Source: Malacoraja senta
Lineage: Eukaryota
Length of the DNA stretch: 64,000 nucleotides
Assembly (NCBI GenBank): GCA_038087875.1
Contig: CM075979.1
Location: 87,048,001-87,112,000, forward strand
Direction: 5' to 3'
Made by a program: the position numbers and the translations under genes. The notes beneath the pieces are model-generated. The model made no database searches. It was not told where the DNA came from and saw only the letters and a program-made list of their open reading frames with translations. Shown here one piece after another: positions 12,391-23,994 of the stretch; position 1 is the first letter of the stretch; every line of letters starts with the position of its first letter.

Positions 12391-13057
12391 ATATAAGTAT
12401 AATTTGATTATGAAATGCAAAGAGTAAATAAATAAACTATTACATCTTTTCACATTTTTGGACCATTGTTGCCTTCTCGATATAATAGATGATGGCTACG
12501 TGGGTGACGGGGCTGATGGAACTCTGTAATTGATTTAACAAACTTACAAACTAAAATAATTATGAATCCACAAAACGAAAGATTTCCAATGCAAGGTTGG
12601 AAATTGTATTATTACCTATTACAAATCTGAGAACGAATATTGCAATATACTCTAACACCTTTTGTGAAAGTCACTCAAAGATCAAGAAGTTGCAAGATTG
12701 CAGAACTATTTTGTTGTTGTTGGATTTCTCTGTGTATTGCTGCAGTGAAACCGATACTGATGATTTCAGCATGGTGTTCTTTACTCAGCTAAGTGAAGTT
12801 TTTGCAGTTTAAGCCATTTAATCCAGTGCCTGTGATCTTTGCAGCCAGCTTATTGAAAGGTCATTTCAAATTATAGGCAACACTCTTTTAATGGATGGAA
12901 ATGTTGTGGCTGAGTGATTTTCTGCTACTCTAGGGAAGGAGGAGTGGGAGAATGCTTACTAAGGATGCAGCACTGAGACAGGCTATTAAAACAGTAACTC
13001 CAGGAGGCACAAAGAACTGCAGATGTTGGTTTACAAAAAAAAAAGAGTCCTGGAATA

Positions 13058-13360
13058 AGCCACAGTCTAAGAATAAAGGGGAGGTCATTTAAGACTGAGG
13101 TGAGAAAAAACGTTTTCACCCAGAGAGTTGTGAATTTATGGAATTCCCTGCCACAGAGGGCAGTGAACGCCAAGTCACTGGATGGATTTAAGAGAGAGTT
13201 GGATAGAGCTCTAGGGGCTAGTGGAGTCAAGGGATATGGGGAGAAGGCAGGCACGGGTTATTGATAGGGGACGATCAGCCATGATCACAATGAATGGCGG
13301 TGCTGGCTCGAAGGGCCAAATGGCCTCTTCCTGCACCTATTTTCTATGTTTCTATGTTTC
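13058..13360 (+). mobile_element. CR1 3' fragment inserted in a Penelope-derived short element
   Basis: CR1 3' UTR and tail; flanks 13005-13030 and 13363-13410 are halves of the short element. Confidence 0.75.
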
Positions 13361-15260
13361 TAAAGTGCTGGGATAAGTCAGTGGGTCATGCAGCACCTCT
13401 GGAGAACTGCTGGAGGCATGTTCTTCCTAGAGGGGACACTAATAAGACTCCCCAAGGGAGGGCGGAAGAAGTTGTCAGGGTCGTGTATAGACAAATAGAC
13501 CTGCTGAGTTATTTTGTGGTTTTTATGTGTAGACGATATGGTGAAGCTTGCTATACAGAAAAATGAAAAGCCCTTCTCACTTGGCCATAGCAAAACCTCA
13601 TAGATTCTTCTCTGTGCACGAAAGGAATTCAGGTGACCTCCCTAATGTAACAAAGAACAGAAACCTGTGAGTTCTGTCCAAGATCAGGAGGAGCAGCCTG
13701 GCATGATCCTACGGTTAGGAACTTTAGAGTGACATTGACCTCCAAGGGCAAATTATTCTTGGTAGATATTTGAGGCTGCATTTGAGGTCACAGTAAATTT
13801 TAGATCTCATGAAGATAAATAATGAAGTCTGGGTTTGGGTCCTTCAAAGAGCTCAGTTTCAGGGAAATTGGAGTTAGTAAAAGCTGGTTGTCCTATGAAT
13901 TGATAAAGTGTTTAAATATGTTCCACTTGCCCAAGTAAAAAAAAGAATGGGTGCAAACGCCGGGAACTGAGATCTTGGGGTTTTCATGTGTCTTTTGAGA
14001 TACAGTTCGAGGTTACTATTTGAAACTGTTCATCCTGGTGTGACATATCATGGGTAATCTTGCAAGTTTAGCTGAGATTGAGAATTTACCATGTTGCTCA
14101 CGGATAAACCATTTAAATATGTATACAGCTATTTTTAAAAAAAGTTTTAGGTTCACTACAATTGCTATACTTGTAAATTTACTAAACAATGTTTGTCAAA
14201 TGGCCTTTGATGGGAGTGAGCTCTTCAGAATGAAAATGTTTTGATGATATCTGATTGTGCTGTCCTGAGCACACATGCTTGCTTAAGATGAAGAGATTAA
14301 TAAAGGGAATATCTTTGGGCTCGATCATATTGGGCTGAACATTATGGCCAGCAGTTCCTCACTGACCCATGTGTCCTGAGGTAAGTCCCTGATGTGTGCA
14401 GACCAGCTGTAAATCCAGGATTTACTGAGTGACTGATGGTGCCAAGTGACAGGTGGTGACAGAGCCCAGTTTTGCTGGGATGCCCCAGATCTCTGCTGGG
14501 GATCCCCTTTCCAATTGATAACACGTCCAACCTTGCATAGTGTTGGAGATCCCATTATATTTAGTGGGGTTGCTCAAGTTGTGGAGTAGGGAAGGCACAT
14601 GATTTTTAGTTTCATTATTTGCAAGTGAATTTATTTGTTTTTTGTGGGAAATTTTGGAATCATTTATATTGTGAAATTATTTACATCATTTTTAAAATAG
14701 TTTTTAAATGTTTTTCAGTGTTAGATCTTTGACCGGTTTGATTGGTGGCAGAGCTTTGCCCTCCAGCTGCCAGAATGATTTTTGGGGCAGGGTTTCAGGT
14801 TTGTACTGCCTGAGGTCCAGTCAATGCTGATAACTCACAGAGCCTCACTGGACAACTCGAGAATCAGAACCCCCAGTGCGATTCCACCTTCATAAGCGGT
14901 AACCGCGGTCTTGGTGCCCCCTGCACGGAAGGAGCCCAATAAGTTACTCTGCAAGTAAAACACTCATGAGACATTCACATAATTGGCCCTTACCAGACGT
15001 GACTTTAGTCCAAAGCAGTATGGAAATGACAGTTCTGAAATAGCTTTGCTTTCATACATCAGAACAGAGTCAAGATTATTACTTGCTTTTCACATGTTGA
15101 TAATAGGCCAATAAATTCGCAACATACAACCCCAGATCCCACCAATCCTCACCTCCCACTTCCGACTTACCTCCCACAACCATCACCATTATTCCCATAC
15201 GTCAACTAGCCTCACCATGTCTCTTATCTCTGTACTTAGTTAGAGTTATACAAAGGATAT

Positions 15261-15373
15261 ATTTCACTTCTGTGGGTTCCAGGAGGACTGGTGGGAAGAT
15301 GCTGCAGTCGCAGTATGCCTCAGTCACCAGAAGAAGTAGGTTGCTATTTTCAATCTGCTGTGCCACGAACATT
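15261..15373 (-). CDS. CACNA2D4: CACNA2D4 coding exon, 113 nt, MFVAQQIENSNLLLLVTEAYCDCSIFPPVLLEPTEVK(Y)
   Basis: tatttcag acceptor; followed by U12-type donor ATATCCTTT; phase 2/1. Confidence 0.96.
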
Positions 15374-15713
15374 CTGAAATATTGAACACGGAGCAACAAT
15401 TAAAGCGAACAATTTACAGGTGCGCTGTATTGTTCTGCGCTGTGCGAGAATAGGTAGCCCTACAGAACTGTAAGGTCCTTTCTCATTGGTGTCTTACTAA
15501 GTTTTCTGAATTTGCCCGTACAACTGCAAAGCATGTTGGTCATCTTGAAAAATGTCTGACTCCTGACTATTATTACATGAATTCAATGGTTACGTGAAAT
15601 TAGCCTGTCGCAAGACTTGAGGAGAAAGTGTCATTTTCATAGTTACAGAATATACAGATTGATGTTCAAGATTTCATGCTTCCATTCAGTAAGTTGGAGG
15701 GCTTCTCTATTAA

Positions 15714-15929
15714 AGGGCCTGTCCCACTTGGCCGTCATTTGCGCGTCACGCAGATGGCGCGCGAAGATTTTGTACATCACAAAATCCTGCGACGCCGCGC
15801 GTCACTGCCTATGTCATCGCGTCCCATGCGCGCATCACGTGCGTGTCACGACTCGCGCGTCGTGCATCGTAACGCGTAAATGATGTCGCGTAAATTACGC
15901 GCAAATGATGGCCATGTGGGACAGGCCCT
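15714..15929. mobile_element. PIF/Harbinger-type MITE
   Basis: about 35-bp TIR beginning AGGGCCTGTCCCAC; TAA TSD. Confidence 0.85.
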
Positions 15930-16169
15930 TAAGTCTTTGTTGAAGAACACTGTTCTTGCACACATCATCAAGGCCCTCTTATGATGTTGCCATTAATTTA
16001 CATGGAAAAATAGAAACATTGGTGGTTTACATCCTTTATAATTTCAGTCCAACATTTCTTTGCTTCTTCTTGTGCTGTTGTTCCTTCTACAACGTGTGCC
16101 ATTAATAAAACATTCTGCAGTTGCTCACTGAGTCTTCCCCAAAAGCAATTCCTAAATCTGCCGCTGGTA

Positions 16170-16930
16170 TCAAATAAGATGTGGGCAAGTGTGTTTAATT
16201 ATCAAATGTACTGACAATGTAACAATGAAATTCAAGATGCAGATTAAAAGGGCTATAAATGTAATAACGCACAGATCATGTACAATAATAAAAAATACAA
16301 TAACATGATAACCGTAATAGTTATCCACCATAATAGTGCAAAAATAATCCGAAGTCACTAATGCAACCTAAGATGTAGCCCATAAAAGATCACAGTTGCT
16401 CAGGTTACTGATGTTGTTGTGTTCAAGAGCCTGATCATTGATGGGAAGAAGCTGTTCTTGAACCTGGTGGCCACGGTTTTAAGGCTCCTGTACCTTTGTC
16501 CTGATGGAAGTAGCGAAATGAGAGTGTGGCCAGGGTATTTTTTTTTTAGAGATACAGCGCGGAAACAGGCCCTTCTGCCCAACGGGCCCGCGCCGACCAG
16601 CGATCCACGCACATTAATACGACCCTACACGCACTAGGGACAATGTTTACTTTTATACCAAGCCAATTTAGCTACATATCTGTACGTCTTTGGACACATG
16701 ATCATTTTATTCAAAGAATTGCAGGCCAGAAATGTCAGGAACAGCCAGTTGGCAATGATTATTAATATCAGCGTTGTGTCAGACACTCCTGTTTTCACCC
16801 GTTCTTAAAAGATTAAGGCGTGTCAATTAGACAACCACTGGATCTATGATGATATTGGCTGCCTTTTTAAATCAGCTCCTCCTACAGATCGCCTCTATGG
16901 TGGGAGGTCACTACCTGCGGTGGCATGGGC
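16170..16930 (-). mobile_element. Rex1/Babar-like LINE 3' fragment, interrupted by a SINE
   Basis: PGHTLISLLPSGQRYRSLKT...RFKNSFFP peptide. Confidence 0.7.
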
Positions 16931-18550
16931 AGTGTCTATATTGCAGCTCTCAGGACTTGAATCTCAGGAAAACACACCTTTTCATTCTCTTCCACTTGTT
17001 TCAATTGGTATCCCTTTTTTTATTCACTAATTTCCATTTTATAAAGTAGTTATCTTGACAGCTTTGATCTGTACTCCATCGTAGACATTACCTGCGTTCA
17101 CTCCTACAATCCCACTCTTCAACTTACAATACATTTGTTTTCATCATCTTTCCAGTTCTGATGTTAAGTCCTAACTGGAAATAATGACTCTGCATCTCTC
17201 CCCAATGATGCGGCCTGACTTGCTGGGTGCCTCCATCAATGTCCGCTATTCTTCCAGAAGAGCAGGTGCCTGATCGGGTGCTCTCTGAGGATTTTAATGC
17301 AACCAGACAGATGGGGCAATCATTATTTTTGTTCATTAGTTGCCTGGGAAAAAAAAAGGACTGGAATATTTCCTTTTTTTAATGTGAAGACAAGTTGTTT
17401 GTGATTTTCCAGCTAGACTTTGATCAGCTGCCCATTGGGACCCATGGTGGCAGGATGTGAATGAAATCTATTCAGCTAAACTCTCTTGCAAAGATTTCAG
17501 GAACAAATACCATCTTTTACAAGCAAAGATACATGGAAGTTATTTCCTTACAACAGTTTGGAAAATGGTTGACATTGCAAATATTTCACTGACACCTTTC
17601 AACTCTGCTTTCAAAGGGAGTACTTTTGTTGAAAGCCTCAATTACTCCTTTTCATCATAAAGACTCACGTTTACATAACATCTTTCATGCCTTGTTAGAG
17701 TGGCCGAAAACACATTGCAGCTAATGAAACACACTCGCAGAACTGTAGGAAACACAAGAGCCAAGCTATAACAAATAAGGGGGTAATGCCCACCAATCTG
17801 CTTCGAGAAATGTTGAAAAATCAGATGGACAATCCCCATCACCTTTCCTGCACAGGGATGTGGACATCGGTCTGAGGACAAATTTGCTTAAATTGTTTCT
17901 TATAAAGTAGATATTGGTCGCAGAATTATTACTTGTCACAGAAATTTTAAACCTGCTTCTGCTTGAACGGGATGATATCAGCAAATGAGTGTACTATTGT
18001 TGAAGGGAAAACCAGAAAATGCTGGAAACACCCAAGAGGTCAGGCAGTATCTGTGAAAAGAGAAGTAGAGTTAATGTTACAGATTGAGGACCATTCATCA
18101 AAATGGAGAAAGAGAAAAAACTTTTAAGTTGCAGAGGGAGGGATTGGACAGAGGACGTTTGTCTGAAAGAGTCAGAGCAGTGTTGCTGTGGGGAATAGTT
18201 GCTAATGAGGCAGATGGAGGGCAACAAAGAAGTGTGATGTGTTGCAAAAAGCAGGTCAGGGTATGTTATGGCATGGGAGAGAAACATAGCCAAAGGCAGC
18301 ACAGTGGGGTAGCGTAGAGCCACTCCCTCACAATGCAGGAGATTCTGTTCAATCCTATCCTGTCTGTGTGCAGTTTCTTGACTGTGAACGTCTCCTCTGG
18401 TTTTCTTCCACATTTCTAAGATATGTGGGTTGGTGGGTTAATTGGCTACAGTACATTGCCAATAGAGTGAAGGTGAGCGGCTGGAGTTGATGACAATGTG
18501 GCGAGAATAAAAAATAAATGAAGGCTGCAACATTACCAGACAGAAGATGA

Positions 18551-19300
18551 GGTGTTGGCGTGATACTTGACTCAGCACTGAAATTTGACAAACAGTTCAA
18601 TGCCGTGGTAAAAGCTAGCTTCTTTCAGCTTCAGACGATAGCTAAAATAAAACAATTCCTCTACTTTGATGACCTCGAAAAGATCATCCACACATTTATC
18701 TCCTCCCGCCTAGATTACTGCAACTCCCTTTACACTGGCATCAGCCAATCTTCCCTGTCCCGCCTGCAACTGGTCCAAAACGCCGCAGCGAGATTCCTGA
18801 CGGGCACCCGAAAAAGGGACCACATCACCCCGATCCTGGCCTCTCTCCACTGGCTCCCTGTGCGGTTCCGTATACATTTCAAGATCCTCCTCTATGTCTA
18901 CAAAGCCCTCAATGGGCTTGCCCCCACCTACATTAAAAGTCTTCTCACCCACCACTCCACCTCCAGGTCCCACAGATCGTCCGACTTGGGGTTGCTGAAT
19001 ATCCCGCAGTCTAGGCATAAGCTCAGGGGCGACCTCGCCTTTGCGGTTGCAGCTCCTAGACTGTGGAACAGCATCCCCCTTCCCATCAGAACCGCCCCCT
19101 CCATCGACTCCTTTTAGTCAAGACTAAAAACTTATCTATACTCCCAAGCCTTTCTTGACGTCCTCTGAGCGAGGGCTATATGTATATATGTATGTAGTTT
19201 GTTTGTTTATACTATTCTTATAACAAATGCAAAGCACTTTGGCCAACGAGAGTTGTTTTTTAAATGTGCTATATAAATAAATGTGACTTGACTTGACTCA
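18551..19300 (+). mobile_element. L2-clade LINE 3' fragment with a long open ORF remnant
   Basis: SRLDYCNSL...LQLVQNAAAR...HITPILASLHWLPV; AATAAA and (GACTT)n tail; a deleted second copy at 48603-48843. Confidence 0.9.
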
Positions 19301-22029
19301 AGCTTACATTCGACCTAGGGGTTACCGTTGCAGAATGCCCCAGGGAAATGGGGCCAGAATGGCAGTGGGATGAATAATTAAAGGCGGGGGCAACAGGACC
19401 TCTGCCTGCAGAGTACCTGCGTCCAGCCTGCTCTGATTCAGTCAAAGCGGTAGCACTGCGTATAATTTGGCTGGTTCACTCCAGGATATAAAGGCTTTAC
19501 AAAGGATGCAAAAGATAGCAATGCGTAATGTGGATAAGAGCCGCTGTGTCATCCTACTAGGTACTGAAGAGGTTGCAAGGGATCTGACAGAGGTATTTAA
19601 AATCATGAGGCATATACACGTGGAAAGAGAAACTGTTCCTATTGGCAGCAAGGATCAAGACATAGAATTAAGGTGTTTGACAAATGAACTAAAAGGCGCC
19701 TGACTGAAGTTTACATTATGTGTGTTAGCGTCTGCAATGGACTGCTGTGGGAAAGAATTCACTGATGCAATTGCAGCATTTAAAAGAAAGCTGGAAATGT
19801 GCCTGAAAGCAAAGAATTGAAGGCTACAAAGAGAAAGGAGGGAGGAACTAGTTGGATTATCTTGCATAGAGTAGTGCAGACTGAAGAGCCAAATAACCTC
19901 CTTCTGTGCTCTAATCATTCAATAATTCTGTGACATGTGTAGAGAGGCTTACAATCTGTCCATTATTTTATATACACTATTAATTTAATACACTCTTTTC
20001 AAATAAGACAGGGAAAGACTCTAGTGTTTGTTGGCAGGTTCCCTAGGGTCACACATACTGGAGCCAAAGATTCCACAATCCACTGGTGACCTGAGCTCTC
20101 AATCATGCCAGAATTCTTGGAAGCAAGCAATGAAAATAAAGCAAATAAAGGTTTGCATAAGCATCACTGTAGGAAACCAGAATCTTAGGATCATTAGCAT
20201 CATAGAGACCAACGTTGCTTACACCCCGCCTTGAAGCCAAGTACTGCCAACCCCCACGTGATGGCAATTAGGGTTTCCCAAATTAAAGTCTGCCTATTAT
20301 ATTGAAATCAGGGAATGTAAGACTAAGCACACCTTCCAAACTGCTGCCACAGATGAACCTGCAATGGATAACCCCCCTGCAAAATCAGAGTTAAAATCCA
20401 TCTGCTTAAAAAAAAATCAAGAAGGTAAATTCTATGTGTAAATTTTCAGTTTGCAATAACTTATTGCATGAAAACTGAAGATCCCATTAATTCTTACACC
20501 CAACAGTAAATAGTTAATAAATTATAATTAATTCCAAATATTCAAAATAGCTGGGGTGAAGAATGGAAGAAAGACGCATGTTTTTTTTTAGGTTGATTGC
20601 GCCCATTTTGATTCCACTCCCTCTCACGGGAGAACCGAGTGTGCTGACAGAGGAGCTAAACGGAGCATTCAAAGAGGTTTATAAAAGGGCCTCATGTGGT
20701 TCAAACCCCCTGCTCTACGGTTGAGAGGCTTCCCAGCTGGCAGACTGTGATCCAGAAACAATACATAGATGTTTTATGTGAGATAGCAGCACAGACTAAT
20801 GCTTGTTCAGGTGCACCGCAAGCGTGGTACTGCTGCAGCGATACAGTTGTACATCTTTTCTAACTTCAATTAGATAGAGAAAAGCAAGTGATATTAAATC
20901 ATATCAAGGATGGAAAAAAAAAAAATCCTCAATGAGTCACAATATTGCAGATGTAAATTTGAAAATAAAAAGCCTTGAAACTCCCGGTAGCACTGCGACC
21001 TAAAACAGTGTTATATTTATGCACAGAAGCAGACCAGAATATTTCATCTTCCAATTAATGAGATGTTGAAACCATATTTGTATAAAGTGTTAGGTGATTC
21101 ATCGTCTACAGTATTTAGCAGCACCTTGGAATGTGAGGACGAGACAAGGTACAAGCTGTTACACTTCACATGTTCAGAAAGGTTTGTTATGTCTTTGAAC
21201 CCAGTCCGATTGACAGCTCAGTGCTCGGAGAACTCGTGGATTGCATTAACCACACAGGGTTGTTGGCCAGTTCCTCAGTTCACATGCTCCAAATAGTACG
21301 AGTCATTCTTCAAGTTTAATGAAATATCATTAATTAAAGGTCATATAAATACCGTGTTTACATCAGCAGACACCCCCTGACCACATGGTAATAAGCACTG
21401 GTTCGATTGATCTGTTCTGCTGTTGGGCTCAGTGAACAGAGAAGCTGGAGAGAGACATTGTTCGGATGGGTCCGTCCGATGCCTTTTCCAAGTTGGGTTG
21501 CAGGATATATTTTCGGTCCATCAGGAGAGAGATTAACATTGCTAGCTCAATTTGTATTTGTTAAATTATTGTATTCTTTACACATAAGTATTTAAAAAAT
21601 AGAAATTCATTGATCCCTTGTTCTTGGTCCACCAATCAATAAGATCATGGCTGCTCAGCACTACTTTCATGCATTAACCTTATTTACCGTGATTCCCTAA
21701 ACTCAGAGAGTCAGATGTTGCATTCGTTCAAAACGGAGATTATGGATTTCTGGATATTAAGATGTAGGGATTTGGCGATAATGTTAGAATATGACACTGA
21801 GATTATAGATCAACCATGGTCTTAATGAATGGTGCAACAGGCTTGAACGGCCGTTCCTATTTCACCGTTCCTATCTCAATATAAAAAACTTCTCCTACAG
21901 GACTGAAGTGAGGAGAAATATCTTCACTCAGAACTTTCCACCCCAAAGGGCCAGTGAATATTCAGATAATTAATATCAAGATCAACTCAAAATAGAACGG
22001 ATGGTTAAGTTGTTTGGGAAAGAACATCG

Positions 22030-22910
22030 GGAAAGCGGTCCTCTCTTTTAGTCTTTATATATTGGAAGAAACTTTTGGTATCCTCTTTCATATTTCATCT
22101 TTTCTCCCCTTATTGCCTTTTTAGTTGCCTTTTGTTGGTTTTGAAAAGCTTCCCAATCGTCTAATTTTCTACAAGTCATTGCAATATTATATGCCTCCTC
22201 TTTTACTTTTATGCTGTCTTTGCTTTCCTTTGTCAGCCATTGTTGCCTCATTCTCCCCTTAGAATCTTTCTTCATTTGGGATGAAAAGATCCTGCATCTT
22301 CCAAATTACACCCAGAAACTCCTGTCGTTGCCTCTCCACCGTCATTCCTGCTTGGGCCCCTTTCCAATTGACATTAGCCAGCTCCTCTCTCATGCCTCTG
22401 TAATTACCTTTAAGGTCCTGTCCCACTTGCCGATTTTTTCGGCGACCGCCGGCGTCATATCAGCGTCGCCGAAAGATTTTGAACATTTCAAAATCCAGCG
22501 GCGACAAAAAAAATGTTGCGACACTTGAAAAAACACCGCGTGTCATACGTCATCACGCCCCGTCACGCCGCAAATTTTTCGGTGACCTGATACGTTAGTC
22601 AATGATGCCGGCAGTCGCCGAAAAAATCGTGAAGTGGGACAGCCCCTTTACTCAGCAGTAATACTGACACATAATTTCATCCTCTTCCTCTCAAACTGCA
22701 GGTTGAATTTGATCATAATATGGTCACTATCTCCGAGGGGTTCCTTCACCTTAAGCTCCCTAATCAAATTTGGTTCAGTGCCCGACACCAAATCCAGAAT
22801 TGCCCTTTCCCTAGTAGGCTTGACCTCTCGCTGCTCCAAGAAGCCATCTCATAGGGTCTCTATAAATTGCTTCTCTTGAGATACAGTTCCAACCTGATTT
22901 TCCCAGTCCT
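22030..22910 (-). mobile_element. CR1 ORF2 internal fragment, interrupted by a MITE
   Basis: homologous to 24700-25280 in reverse orientation. Confidence 0.85.
22413..22647. mobile_element. PIF/Harbinger-type MITE
   Basis: about 46-bp imperfect TIR AGGTCCTGTCCCAC...GTGGGACAGCCCCT; TTA TSD. Confidence 0.85.
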
Positions 22911-23565
22911 TTCATTCTTTTTAAGTTCAAGATGCTGTCAGTTTCTATCTTGAGTGTCGTCAATGACTCTGACTCAATCGTCACATGGAGTGGAAAATTC
23001 CAAATAATCATGCCCCCTGAGAGAAGAGATTTCTCCTCATCTCTATCCTAAATGGGCAGCCCCTTAATATGAAGCATTGCGGGATACCAGGAGATTGGGA
23101 AGTAAACGCAATTTTAAAATTTTATTTCCCACCGTTTTTACATCTTAATTTCCACTCATTTCCTTTTCCTAATTTGTACATGACTTAGGTAAGAATCCAG
23201 CTCTTGGGGTCTATTCTTTAATTTACTGCCCAGCTCCTGATACTTTCCAATTTGGAATTCCTTAATCTTTGTACGTTGCAAAGCTTCCAGAGCAAGAAAC
23301 AAGTGCTGGTCTTGCCTGAGACACGTGCATATTCAAAAAATGATCTTAATGCCATTTTCACATTTACAATAAGGAAAGTCAGAACATTTGAATGGAATGT
23401 AAATGTGATATTGGCACGACGATGATATAGTCTAGGAAATTTTGCAATCTATTAATATTGAATACGATCAATCAAAGTTTGTAGAAAAGCAAATGAAATT
23501 AAGAGAGGCTTCACCTACTCTAATTACAAAGTCCTACATCTTTATTAATTGTCAGTAGTTGAAAT

Positions 23566-23950
23566 TATCGCAGTCGCTGCCTCAAAAAGGCTGCCAACAT
23601 CATCAAGGACCAACACCATCCTGGCCACAAACTCATCTCTCCGCTGCCATCAGGTAGAAGGTACAGGAGCCTGAAATCTGGTACATCCAGGTTCAGGAAT
23701 AGCTGCTTCCCCACAGCCATCAGGCTATTAAACTCGCCATCAAACAAACTGAACAATGACAGCCTATTGCACTTTATCTGTTTATTTATGTGTATATATA
23801 TATATATATATATATGGTCTATGCTATACAGACACACCGAACTGTTCTGTATTTATGCTTACAATATTCTGTTGTGCTGCAGCAAGCAAGAATTTCATTG
23901 TCCTATCTGGGACACATGACAATAAACTCTCTTGACTTGACTTGACTTGA
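23566..23950 (+). mobile_element. Rex1/Babar-like LINE 3' end
   Basis: RCLKKAANIIKDQHHPGH...PSGRRYRSL...FPTAIRLLN; (CTTGA)n tail; related minus-strand tail at about 51340-51500. Confidence 0.8.
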
Positions 23951-23994
23951 AGCAGCTCAGTATTGCTGGAGCCTGCATTTAATATCCAAAGGCA

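Larger units (their letters stand above)
10214..15260 (-). other. U12-type (minor spliceosome) intron, 5047 nt, AT...AA termini
   Basis: 5' site ATATCCTTTG (15251-15260); branch site TTCCTTAAC (10224-10232) then TCCTGAGTAA; the junction restores K-Y-N-A-S. Confidence 0.9.
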
